A program made the position numbers and the translations under genes. Below, one piece after another: positions 37,638 to 46,665 of a stretch of 64,000 nucleotides of DNA; the stretch's first letter is position 1, and each line of letters starts with the position of its first letter. Location: positions 64,964 to 128,963 of the forward strand of contig CAZQXB010000001.1 in assembly GCA_964597575.1 (NCBI GenBank), in the 5' to 3' direction. The notes beneath the pieces are model-generated. The model ran no database searches. It was not told the origin of the DNA and saw only the letters and a program-made list of their open reading frames with translations. The stretch is from an uncultured Gammaproteobacteria bacterium (GTDB lineage Bacteria; Patescibacteriota; Patescibacteriia; Magasanikbacterales; UBA922).

Positions 37638-37747
37638 AGGAGCCGGATGGATAGAATCCATGTACATACTTGATTTTTTTTGTTTTTTGTAGTATCCTCT
37701 TCATGTTAACAGACCTGGGTGGTCTGTTACGCAGAGAGGACAGAACA

Positions 37748-39214
37748 ATGAGCAAAATTGCATTCGTGTTTAGCGTGTTCATGTGGCTCATAGCTGGGTG
37801 CACGGCCCAGCCGACCACTTCTACCAAGGAGTACGAGATCCCGCCACCGCCGGTGGCGAGCGCATCCCTCAATGTGGGGGCGCCGACTCCGGACGGACTC
37901 CTCACCAGCACATCGTCGGAGAGCGAACACATCGCACGGACGCTGCAGTACTACAAGAACATCGACGCACCTGCGTCGTTTTCTTTGTGGAAAGAGCGGT
38001 TTCAGTTCCCCCCTCAGGAAGAGGGAGAGTCTCTCGAGGCATGGAGGGTGCGAGTCGGCGTAGGAGTCTACTACAACAAGCGCGAGCTTGGTCTTGGCAG
38101 AGAACTTGCTTGCACCTGGACAACGGAACGCAATGACGCTGACGAGGAGTTTGTCGTCAAAGCCTGTTTTGTCACAAACTACGGGGATGCGTTCAGCGAC
38201 GAAGAACGATCCCTCGCCCTTGCGAAAGAAGGAAAGAGGCCAAAGAATACGGTCTGTATTTCCGAAAGGATGATGCTGCCAGAAGGCGAGCGGACACAGT
38301 TTTATGTGTATGGGCCGGAAGGAAAACTGCAGCCATGGGCGCAACTTGATTCTCGCGGACCACGATCCGTTCCCCATGTATGCACGGTCTGTCATGGTGG
38401 ATATGTTGACTCCGCTAAAAATATAGCGATCTGGGCCCGGTTTTTACCCCTCGACGAAACCATGGTGGTTTTCGACAAAGAGGGGCCTGCTTCTCTTATG
38501 GCCCAAAGAGAAGCAATTAGAAAAATGAATCTACTGGCGCTACAGACGGGCTTGACCCAATTCCAGTTCAATCAATTTCATGGCATCTACCAGGGAAAAG
38601 TCGAGGTTGAACACGCACCTGTTACACCGAACGTTGTGATCGGTGAGTGGAGTTGGAGCGAAGAACGAACGAACTTCTACAACCAGGTGCTTAAGCCCTA
38701 CTGCCTTACCTGCCATTGGGCTGCCGAAAAAGGGAGGGGTGGGGCAAAAAGCTGGGTGTACGAGGCGTTTCAGACTCCAGAGTTGCTCGCCCAGGCACCG
38801 ATGCTCAATTGGGTCTGTGGACAGTTCTCGATGCCTAATGCACAGGCCACAATGTTTCACTTCTGGACGGAACCAAGAGTGATACACTGGAACGGGAAAA
38901 TCCACAACACGGCCGCAGACGCATTTCTTGGATTCTACGGGATAACGCGTGAACAGTGTGTTGGGTACGCAGAGAAAAGTAATTGCTCACGTAGTGAAAA
39001 TCTCTGCGGGAATAATGAGAGTGGACAAGTGTGTGATGGGGCGACGGGAGAGTGCGCGCCACTGCTTAGCCGCAAGGCACTGACCGAGCCGAGCACACCT
39101 GCAGGCTACTGCAAAGCCGACGTGATGGGGTGCCCAGGAAAGACAGTCTGCCTCCCAAGTGAGGCCGCAACGGAAGGTTATGACGGCGTCTGCACACTCA
39201 CGACCGCGGACTGA
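37748..39214 (+). CDS. Cys-rich lipoprotein with two CXXCH motifs
   Basis: Lipobox LIAGC after a signal peptide. CTVCH and CLTCH motifs plus about 20 further Cys. No family assigned. Start moved to ATG 37748. Confidence 0.65.
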   Translation: MSKIAFVFSVFMWLIAGCTAQPTTSTKEYEIPPPPVASASLNVGAPTPDGLLTSTSSESEHIARTLQYYKNIDAPASFSLWKERFQFPPQEEGESLEAWRVRVGVGVYYNKRELGLGRELACTWTTERNDADEEFVVKACFVTNYGDAFSDEERSLALAKEGKRPKNTVCISERMMLPEGERTQFYVYGPEGKLQPWAQLDSRGPRSVPHVCTVCHGGYVDSAKNIAIWARFLPLDETMVVFDKEGPASLMAQREAIRKMNLLALQTGLTQFQFNQFHGIYQGKVEVEHAPVTPNVVIGEWSWSEERTNFYNQVLKPYCLTCHWAAEKGRGGAKSWVYEAFQTPELLAQAPMLNWVCGQFSMPNAQATMFHFWTEPRVIHWNGKIHNTAADAFLGFYGITREQCVGYAEKSNCSRSENLCGNNESGQVCDGATGECAPLLSRKALTEPSTPAGYCKADVMGCPGKTVCLPSEAATEGYDGVCTLTTAD

Positions 39215-39407
39215 TGTAGAGGGGGCTGACAAAGGGGAAAGGGCCTGTCAGTAATTTCTTCGATGTGCGAGAGAGCGCTCCCGCACATCGAAGGTCATTT
39301 CTGAAAAGAAATACAATCAAATTAGCGCACGTTACAATAAAATTTTTTACGCAAACAGATAATTCTTTCTCAACTCCATACGGGATTTCTGATATACTAC
39401 CCTCCGT

Positions 39408-41123
39408 ATGAATTCTCTTTTTTTAGAACTCAGTGGCATTCTTGGGCTCACGGTCGTTGTCTCATTTATTATTCGACTCCTCCGACAACCACTCATCGTT
39501 GCATATATTATTTCTGGCCTTCTGGCTGGCCCACTTCTTTTTAACCTTCTTGACGGAGATGCACACACCTATAGCGCATTCGGAGAATTTGGCGTCGTCC
39601 TTCTTCTGTATGTCGTCGGCCTCAACCTCCATTTTGATTTTCTCAAAAGAATTGGCAAAAGCGCGGTTCTGATTGGAGTGGGGCAAGTGGCGCTATCGAC
39701 CCTGCTTGGATTTGGCATTCTTTCTTTTTTTCCACTCACGACAAGCAGTAAATGGTACCTAGCTATTGCTGTCACATTTTCGAGCACCATTATTTTAACC
39801 AAACTTTTGGCCGAAAAAAAGGATACGGAATCCATGTATGGCCGCCGAACAATGGGGCTTATGGTGGTGCAGGATCTTATTGCGGTCGCACTCATGGTTA
39901 TCCTCTCGAGCGGTACCGAGGGAAACATTACAGAAACGATCGGACTTCTTTTGTTTAAGGGGGCACTTCTTATTGCTTCCATTTATTTCTTGGCAAAGTT
40001 TCTTTTGCCGACAATTCTTGATCGCGTGGCCAAAAATGGAGAATTTTTATTTCTTTTCACCATTGCTTGGTGTTTTGGCGTGGCGAGCTTAGTCGCTTGG
40101 GCAGGCTTCTCTCTTGAAATCGGCGCGCTTTTAGCTGGCATCTCGCTTGGCTCATCGCCGTATCAAGCAGAAATAGCAAGCCGTATCCGCCCACTTCGTG
40201 ATTTTTTTATCGTCATCTTCTTTCTCATGCTCGGAAGTGAAATGCATGTGACTGGCTTAGCCACAGCCCTGCCAATCGGGCTTGCCCTTACCGCCGTGGT
40301 TCTTATCGGGCACCCACTTATTTTATATCTCCTCTACCGAACTCAAGCATGCACACGGCGCACGAGTTTTTTAGGAGCAACTGTTGCAGCACAAGTAAGC
40401 GAGTTTGGTTTTATTCTTTTATTCACCGGGCGCTCACTGGGGCATCTTCAAGGTATTGAGCTCCAAATTTTTACAGTCGTAGCCCTCATTACCATTTGCA
40501 TTTCTTCCTACATTATTACCTACAATGAACAGCTCTATCGCTTTTGCCTGCCATTCTTTGCGCTATTTGGAAAAGATAAGTATCGCAATCACCCAGAAAT
40601 AATTCCAACCTACGAAGCGTGGGTGTTTGGGTATCATCGGGTCGGTATGCGTATTTGTTCAGCTCTTCAGGAAAAAGGGGTACCGTTTGCAGTGGTCGAC
40701 TTTAACCCGGACTCTATTCGCCATGCACGGCAAAATGGCATTCCAGCGTATTTCGGTGATGCGGCTGACGTAGAGTTTTTACACGAACTCCCTATTGAGG
40801 TCGCAAAACTTGTTATCTCCACACTCCCTGAAACAGACGATCAAAAAACTCTTATTCATCATGTCAGAAGTCGGAGTAGTAAAACAAAGGTTATTGCAAA
40901 CACCTACGACACGGCTGCGACCGAAGAACTCTACACTGCTGGGGCACATTACGTACTTGTCCCTCATTTGGTTGGGGGAGCATGGATGGCTCACATTCTT
41001 GAAGAAAAGGCCTGGACAGACCGAACATTCCTTAAGCTAAAAGAGGACCAAAAAAGCGAACTAGCAAGACGCTTTACTGACAGGGGAATACTGAGGCACA
41101 CACGCCTTGACAAGCATGCGTAA
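39408..41123 (+). CDS. CPA2-family cation:proton antiporter (Kef-type) with C-terminal RCK/TrkA-N domain
   Basis: About 12 TM helices followed by a Rossmann-type domain (FAVVDFNPDSIRHARQNGIPAYFGDAAD). Confidence 0.85.
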   Translation: MNSLFLELSGILGLTVVVSFIIRLLRQPLIVAYIISGLLAGPLLFNLLDGDAHTYSAFGEFGVVLLLYVVGLNLHFDFLKRIGKSAVLIGVGQVALSTLLGFGILSFFPLTTSSKWYLAIAVTFSSTIILTKLLAEKKDTESMYGRRTMGLMVVQDLIAVALMVILSSGTEGNITETIGLLLFKGALLIASIYFLAKFLLPTILDRVAKNGEFLFLFTIAWCFGVASLVAWAGFSLEIGALLAGISLGSSPYQAEIASRIRPLRDFFIVIFFLMLGSEMHVTGLATALPIGLALTAVVLIGHPLILYLLYRTQACTRRTSFLGATVAAQVSEFGFILLFTGRSLGHLQGIELQIFTVVALITICISSYIITYNEQLYRFCLPFFALFGKDKYRNHPEIIPTYEAWVFGYHRVGMRICSALQEKGVPFAVVDFNPDSIRHARQNGIPAYFGDAADVEFLHELPIEVAKLVISTLPETDDQKTLIHHVRSRSSKTKVIANTYDTAATEELYTAGAHYVLVPHLVGGAWMAHILEEKAWTDRTFLKLKEDQKSELARRFTDRGILRHTRLDKHA

Positions 41124-41135
41124 CGTTGGTATACT
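41107..41135 (+). promoter_or_regulatory. tRNA-Ala promoter TTGACA-N17-TATACT (inside the 3' end of the antiporter gene)
   Basis: Perfect hexamers about 22 nt upstream of tRNA-Ala. Confidence 0.5.
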
Positions 41136-41157
41136 CGTGTCATTGTGGAAAATATAT

Positions 41158-41230
41158 GGGCCGGTAGCTTAGTTGGTAGAGCGCCTCGTTTGCACCGAGG
41201 AGGTCGGGGGTTCGATTCCTCTCCGGTCCA
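41158..41230 (+). tRNA. tRNA-Ala (anticodon TGC)
   Basis: GGGCCGG acceptor with G3.U70 identity pair. Anticodon loop TTTGCAC. T-loop TTCGATT. Discriminator A. CCA not encoded. Confidence 0.9.
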
Positions 41231-41235
41231 CGAAA

Positions 41236-41268
41236 AATGCTACGCCTTCGTGGCGTAGTGTTTTTTAG
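41236..41268 (+). terminator. terminator after tRNA-Ala
   Basis: CTACGCC-ttcgt-GGCGTAG followed by TGTTTTTT. Confidence 0.55.
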
Positions 41269-41282
41269 AAAAAAATACCGTT

Positions 41283-41357
<75 letters not shown>

Positions 41358-41406
41358 TAAAATAAGTACTCTCCCTTGTGGGGAGTATTTATTTTATTCG
41401 TGTTAC

Positions 41407-41541
41407 GGCCAGGATTGAACTAAGGGAAAGTTTGAAAACCGATAGGTTTTCACTTCTGCTAGGGGAAGGTTAGGAAGGGGTGGAAACCCCTTCCTAAGAG
41501 TCTGAATTTTATTCAGAGGAGTGAAATCCTGGCCCGCGGCA
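41407..41541 (+). repeat. tRNA-trailer structured element E2 (tRNA-Phe): inverted T-arm copy, two hairpins, direct 3'-end copy
   Basis: Starts GGCCAGGATTGAACT, the exact reverse complement of tRNA-Phe AGTTCAATCCTGGCC. Ends ATCCTGGCCCGCGGCA, a copy of the tRNA 3' end. Hairpins GAAAACC-gata-GGTTTTC and GGAAGGGG-tggaaa-CCCCTTCC. Own terminator at 41545-41578. Confidence 0.5.
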
Positions 41542-41616
41542 CTGACAAACAAGACTGTTACGGTCTTGTTTTGTTTTACGGAAAAGAAGCTTGTAAACAG
41601 AAAGGGGGCTTGCCCC

Positions 41617-41645
41617 TTGAAATAAATTTGGATATCATATATACT
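41617..41645 (+). promoter_or_regulatory. tRNA-Pro promoter TTGAAA-N17-TATACT
   Basis: Hexamers with 17-nt spacer about 15 nt upstream of tRNA-Pro. Confidence 0.45.
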
Positions 41646-41660
41646 CCCTGCAGTAAAAAA

Positions 41661-41734
41661 CGGGCTGTGGCTCAATTGGCTAGAGTGCCTGGTTTGGGAC
41701 CAGGAGGTTGTGGGTTCAAGTCCCACCAGCCCGA
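41661..41734 (+). tRNA. tRNA-Pro (anticodon TGG)
   Basis: C1-G72 first pair (CGGGCTG/CAGCCCG) typical of bacterial tRNA-Pro. Anticodon loop TTTGGGA with G37. T-arm GTGGGTTCAAGTCCCAC. Confidence 0.85.
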
Positions 41735-41790
41735 CACAATAAATAAGTCCTTCTTAACCGAGAGGGACTTATTTATTTTTTTTGGATTGA

Positions 41791-41901
41791 GGACTTGAAC
41801 CCAGAAGGGGGTCGGGGAAACAGTTGCTTCCCCGTGGCGGATTCTTGAAACCGAGGGGTTTCAAAAGGAGCGAAGCGACGTGTGAAAGTCCCCAGCCCGA
41901 C
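41791..41901 (+). repeat. tRNA-trailer structured element E3 (tRNA-Pro, proximal copy)
   Basis: Starts GGACTTGAACCC (reverse complement of the tRNA-Pro T-arm). 66-nt core 41801-41866 matches 54048-54113 with only 2 mismatches. Ends AGTCCCCAGCCCGAC (copy of the tRNA 3' end). Own terminator at 41908-41940. Confidence 0.5.
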
Positions 41902-41979
41902 TAACATAAAACTTCTCTTGCGAGAAGTTTTATATTTTATTTGGAGAGCCGAGCGACCTAATAGTTTAGGTCTCGAGTA

Positions 41980-42098
41980 GGACTTGAACGCCGGAGCGAT
42001 GTTTTGCGAACACGTTGGTGAGCAAAACCACGAGGCGATGGCCAGCCCGAGGAGGAGGAAACCGACAGGGGCAAGACCAAGGACCACAGAGCCCGACA
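41980..42098 (+). repeat. tRNA-trailer structured element E4 (tRNA-Pro, distal copy)
   Basis: Starts GGACTTGAACG. Internal hairpin GTTTTGC..GCAAAAC. Ends CAGAGCCCGACA followed by AGATAAATAAGTCCTTCT, matching the tRNA-Pro 3' end plus the 5' half of its terminator. Confidence 0.45.
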
Positions 42099-42318
42099 AG
42101 ATAAATAAGTCCTTCTCATTGAGGAGGAGGCTTATTTATCTTGTTGAATTGAGAGCTTTGAATCGGAATAAGGAGGGCGAAATAGTTGTTTGGTTTTAAA
42201 CTCTTACAAAAGGGAAATTCTTGCCGGACATGTCTGTGATTTATCTATCCACATCTTCGTTGGAAAAGGCATACTTATGAAGTACACTAAATAAAAGTTC
42301 ATTTTAGCATTCGTTTCT

Positions 42319-42720
42319 ATGGAAAAGGAGGCCAGAGAAATAATTCTTGTAGTCCACGATGATGTCGTACTACGAAACGTACTCGTAAAAAAGTGCCGAG
42401 ATGCGGGCTTCGAAGTACTCGAAGCTCAGAATGGCGAAGAGGGGCTTGATCTCGCACTTCGGCACCACCCAAACTTAATCGTGTCCAACATCAACATGCC
42501 CAAAAAAACCGGACTCGACATGATTGACGCTCTCAGAAAAGATACTTGGGGGAAAGGGGTCAATATTATGCTCCTGACCAATTCAACCGACAGTCGGTAT
42601 GTGGCTGAGGCCCTCAAAAATAAAGTCTACGACTACCTAATTACAGTTAACTGGACCATTAACGACGTGATAAATCTGATTAAAAAAAGACTTGATGTTC
42701 GCCAAGGTCGGTCAGCATAG
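42319..42720 (+). CDS. single-domain response-regulator receiver with Asn at the phospho-acceptor position
   Basis: CheY-like fold (LVVHDD acidic pocket, T in LLTNST, K in KNKVYDYL). The conserved Asp of the D-x-x-M-P motif is Asn (IVSNINMP). Confidence 0.7.
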   Translation: MEKEAREIILVVHDDVVLRNVLVKKCRDAGFEVLEAQNGEEGLDLALRHHPNLIVSNINMPKKTGLDMIDALRKDTWGKGVNIMLLTNSTDSRYVAEALKNKVYDYLITVNWTINDVINLIKKRLDVRQGRSA

Positions 42721-42776
42721 CCCTTTTTAACAAAAAGACCCGGCAGCATGCCGAGTCTTTTTGTTTATGTCTGGCC

Positions 42777-43235
42777 TTATTTACACTCCCACCATTGTGG
42801 GTATTTTGGATACCAGATCATGAATTGCTTAATGTTTTCTTTATAATCGAACTGGTGCCCTTCGGCCCCGATCCATTTCCACGTACCATTAATGAACTGG
42901 AACACGCCTTTCGCAGTACTCGTACCGTTTTTCGCGTTGTATACGTATCCGCTCTCACAACGTGCGATACGAAGTGCGTTATTGACGCTTACCCCGTAAA
43001 GGTTGGCTTGGCGAATGATCTCCGCCTTCACCTGTTCCGGAGTAGGGGCGGTAATTTCTACCACGTCCTCTGCTACCGGCAAAATTGGGGTGGTTTCAGC
43101 GGCCACGGCTACCTCCGCAAAGGCGGTTGAGGTATACACGGCGTTTGTTACTTGAGCCTGTGTAAGAGACGGGAGCATGGCCAAAGTACTCATCAAAACT
43201 ACCATTGTTTTTGCCTTATTTAAGGTAAATTTCAT
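42777..43235 (-). CDS. secreted transglycosylase-like (SLT/Rpf-like) protein
   Basis: Signal peptide. ARCESGYVYNAKNGTSTAKGVFQFINGTW resembles the lysozyme-like transglycosylase-like domain. Confidence 0.65.
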   Translation of the reverse strand: MKFTLNKAKTMVVLMSTLAMLPSLTQAQVTNAVYTSTAFAEVAVAAETTPILPVAEDVVEITAPTPEQVKAEIIRQANLYGVSVNNALRIARCESGYVYNAKNGTSTAKGVFQFINGTWKWIGAEGHQFDYKENIKQFMIWYPKYPQWWECK

Positions 43236-43299
43236 ATAGTATAGGTGTGTCCCAAAGGTTGATTTTTAGGACCGCATATAGTACCATAAAATCACCTTT

Positions 43300-46224
43300 T
43301 TGTCAACCCCCGTAAGGGTATTTTCTCTGAAAGACCAGCCACCAAAAAAACGCTCGTACGGCTATGTCGGCGAGCCAAAAAAACGCACCTTTATTAGTGT
43401 AAAGGCCGGCGGGACGCCCAAACGGGTCGGACCTGGTCGTTTTTGGCACGGAAAAAAAGGAAAAGTAGGGCGTTTTGTGTTCTTAGGTGTTGTTACGGTG
43501 GGAATCATTGGGCTTGTTGGTGGGGTTGGATTTGTGGCCTGGGTAAGCAAAGACCTTCCAGATCCTGACCGATTAACCGACCGTGAAGTGGCGCAGAGCA
43601 CAAAAATTTTTGACCGCACCGGCACAGTACTATTGTATGAAATTTATGGGGATGAAAAACGCACCCTTATTCCGTACGACCAGATTCCGTTAAAATTACG
43701 CCAAGCCCTCATTGCCACCGAAGACACCACATTTTACGAACATCATGGTGTTCGCCCTTTGAGTATTGCTCGATCGGTCATTTTCGGACTCATGGGGCGG
43801 AACCGCATTGGCGGAGGGGCTTCCACCCTAACACAACAATTAGTAAAAAATGCGATTCTAGACAATGAAGCGCCCTGGAGTCGCAAACCAAAGGAACTTA
43901 TTTTATCGGTACGGTTAGAACAAAAATATACTAAGGACCAAATTCTTCAGATTTATTTTAATGAGATCCCATACGGCGGAACAAACTACGGCGTTGAGGC
44001 AGCAGCACAAAGTTACTACAACAAACGGACCGCCGATTTAAATTTAGAACAGATTGCCACCTTAGCCGGCTTTCCGAAACAACCTTCACGGTATTTAAAC
44101 GATCTTCCATTCTTAAAAGAACGTCGCAACTTTGTGTTACGCCGCATGAAAGAAGAGGGGTATATTACGGAAGAGGAAATGAAAGAAACACAGGCCATGG
44201 AATTATCGTTTAAGCCAAAAGAGTATACTGACATTAAAGCACCGCACTTTGTATTATACGTAAAAGAACTTCTGGAAGAAGAATTTGGTGGGCGGGCTGT
44301 AAATACGGGCGGGCTCAAAGTTATCACGTCTCTTGATTGGGAAAAACAACAGATGGCTGAGGCCACGATTAACGGACAGAAAGATAAAGTATTAAAAGAT
44401 GCAAAGGCCGACAATGCGGCCATGGTTGCCGTTGACCCAAAAACTGGACAGATTTTAGCCATGGTCGGATCACTCGATTTCTTTAACACCTCAAGTGGAC
44501 AATTTAATGTTATTACCAGTGGCAAACGCCAACCCGGCTCTTCGATAAAACCTATTATTTATACGGCTGCCTTTGAAAAGGGGTATACCCCAGACACTCT
44601 TCTGTTTGATGTCGAAACAAATTTTGCGGTCGGCGACAGCAAGCCCTACACCCCAAGAAACTACGATCTGAAAGAGTACGGGCCAGTAACCATGCGCCAA
44701 GCACTTCAGGGGTCGCTAAACATCGCGGCGGTACAGACACTCTATTTGGTGGGGCTTCCTACCGCAGCGAATTTTGCCGAACGGCTCGGATACACCACGC
44801 TTGGCAACTTTGATGATTACGGGCTAACCCTAGTATTGGGCGGAGCCGTGGTCAGCCCTCTTGAACATGTTGGAGCCTACAGTGTGTTTGCGGCCGAAGG
44901 CAAGCGGCGACCTCCCGTTAGCATTCTCCGGGTAGAAAATAGTAAGGGCGATGTGCTCAAGTCAGAAAAAACTCCAGACGAAGAAGAAGTGATTTCAAAA
45001 GAATTAGCCGCAACAATTTCAAGTGTTCTCTCAGACGATGCTGCTCGTGCGTATATTTTTGGTACAAACGGTATTTTGACCTTACCCGACCGACCAGTAG
45101 CCGCAAAAACCGGAACAACCCAAGAATACCGTGATGCTTGGGCAATGGGCTACACTCCTGGACTCGTCACAGGGGTATGGGTAGGAAATTCTGACGGAAG
45201 CTCAATGAAAGGTGGTTACGGTGGAAGCAGGCTCGCTGGTGTTATTTGGAATGACTTCATGAAAAAGGCCACGAAAACCATGCCGATTGAAAAATTTCCT
45301 GACCCACCGCCAAACGATGCCGAGAAGGCGATTCTCCGCGGATCCCAGGGCGGAGTTACGCTCGACATTGATCGCGTGACCGGAAAACGAGCGACGAGCT
45401 CAACCCCAAAAGAATATATTGTGGCACGCACCTATGTACCGCCGCACTCTATTCTTCACTATGTTTCAAAAGATGATCCACGCGGACCCATTCCAGAAAA
45501 CCCTGCCGCGGATTCCCAATATCCCATTTGGGAAGAAGCCATCCGCGCCTGGACTGCACGGAAACAAGCGGCTGACCCGAATTGGTCTATAAGTTTTGAA
45601 GAACCCCCAACAGAATACGATGACCTTCATTCTTTGGAACTTATTCCATCGCTCACCATTTTTTCTCCGACCGCTTCAAGCACACTCACCAGTCGACGTA
45701 TCACGAGTTCTATTCGGGTGAGTGCTCCTCGCGGAGTTTCACGAGTTTCCTACAAACTCGACAATCGTTTGGTCGGCACATATACCAATACTCCGTTCGC
45801 GCTCGATTACGTGGCTCGAGGAATCCAGAATGGACCGCACACCTTAACCATTATTGTGGAAGATGATGTGGGAAATCGATTGGAAGAAACAGTCCCCTTT
45901 GATCTGCAAGCAGGGCTTGAGGCTCCGGGAGTTGGATTTGTTGACCGCGGCCTCACCGTTCCAGCCGGAAGTTTTCCAAGAGTCTTTTTTCTTGAACCCT
46001 ACCGTTTGGGTGATATTCGAGAAGTGATCGTTAGCGCGAGAAACACCAACGGAAGCACTATGCCGATTGTTTCTATCACAGACTTTTCTAATCTCTTTAA
46101 TAATCAGCTCGTTGTTACGTGGATTGACCCACCAAATTCTGGTACATGGGATCTCGTTGCAGAAGTCGTCGATAACCTGGGAAACAGAGCTGAAACTGAT
46201 CGTATTCGAGTCACCGTTGAGTAG
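43300..46224 (+). CDS. class A penicillin-binding protein (PBP1A; GT51 transglycosylase + transpeptidase) with about 300-aa C-terminal Ig-like extension
   Basis: GT51 motifs (EDTTFYEHHG, GASTLTQQL). Transpeptidase SxxK/SxN/KTG context (PGSSIKP; KTGTTQ). N-terminal TM anchor. Confidence 0.9.
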   Translation: MSTPVRVFSLKDQPPKKRSYGYVGEPKKRTFISVKAGGTPKRVGPGRFWHGKKGKVGRFVFLGVVTVGIIGLVGGVGFVAWVSKDLPDPDRLTDREVAQSTKIFDRTGTVLLYEIYGDEKRTLIPYDQIPLKLRQALIATEDTTFYEHHGVRPLSIARSVIFGLMGRNRIGGGASTLTQQLVKNAILDNEAPWSRKPKELILSVRLEQKYTKDQILQIYFNEIPYGGTNYGVEAAAQSYYNKRTADLNLEQIATLAGFPKQPSRYLNDLPFLKERRNFVLRRMKEEGYITEEEMKETQAMELSFKPKEYTDIKAPHFVLYVKELLEEEFGGRAVNTGGLKVITSLDWEKQQMAEATINGQKDKVLKDAKADNAAMVAVDPKTGQILAMVGSLDFFNTSSGQFNVITSGKRQPGSSIKPIIYTAAFEKGYTPDTLLFDVETNFAVGDSKPYTPRNYDLKEYGPVTMRQALQGSLNIAAVQTLYLVGLPTAANFAERLGYTTLGNFDDYGLTLVLGGAVVSPLEHVGAYSVFAAEGKRRPPVSILRVENSKGDVLKSEKTPDEEEVISKELAATISSVLSDDAARAYIFGTNGILTLPDRPVAAKTGTTQEYRDAWAMGYTPGLVTGVWVGNSDGSSMKGGYGGSRLAGVIWNDFMKKATKTMPIEKFPDPPPNDAEKAILRGSQGGVTLDIDRVTGKRATSSTPKEYIVARTYVPPHSILHYVSKDDPRGPIPENPAADSQYPIWEEAIRAWTARKQAADPNWSISFEEPPTEYDDLHSLELIPSLTIFSPTASSTLTSRRITSSIRVSAPRGVSRVSYKLDNRLVGTYTNTPFALDYVARGIQNGPHTLTIIVEDDVGNRLEETVPFDLQAGLEAPGVGFVDRGLTVPAGSFPRVFFLEPYRLGDIREVIVSARNTNGSTMPIVSITDFSNLFNNQLVVTWIDPPNSGTWDLVAEVVDNLGNRAETDRIRVTVE

Positions 46225-46294
46225 GAATTCCGCGAAAAGGGCGAGCACAACTCAAATCAAAATATAAAATACGGCCCGAAGCCGTATTTTATAT

Positions 46295-46624
46295 TTACAT
46301 CTCATTTCTTTTTAAATCCCAAAGTATTTCATTAAAATTTTCGATACGATCATTTTTTCCAATCTTAATTTTTTCTTTTTTGTATAACCTCAATCGTTTC
46401 TCGCGGTATTCTGGATTCATCCACACACGTCCATTGACATAGACGATTCTGTGAAACGGAATGTCTTTTACACCATTGTCGTATGCACGCCCTAAAATTC
46501 CCGTAATGCTTTGCGAAGACATCGTTCCGCCACCCGCCGCACGAGCAATCCGCCCATAGGTAGTTACTTTTCCAAAAGGGATTGCACGTGCAATGAGAAT
46601 CACACGCTCGCTGAAACCTTTCAT
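46295..46624 (-). CDS. alkyltransferase-like protein (MGMT/Ogt DNA-binding domain with PFHR instead of PCHR)
   Basis: Helix-turn-helix and Asn-hinge region of the Ogt C-domain present (TTYGRIARAAGGG...). The active-site Cys of PCHRV is Phe (DIPFHRIVYVNG). Start moved to ATG 46624. Confidence 0.65.
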   Translation of the reverse strand: MKGFSERVILIARAIPFGKVTTYGRIARAAGGGTMSSQSITGILGRAYDNGVKDIPFHRIVYVNGRVWMNPEYREKRLRLYKKEKIKIGKNDRIENFNEILWDLKRNEM

Positions 46625-46665
46625 AGGAACTCCTAAATGAATACTGGTATGGGCCCTAGACGCAT

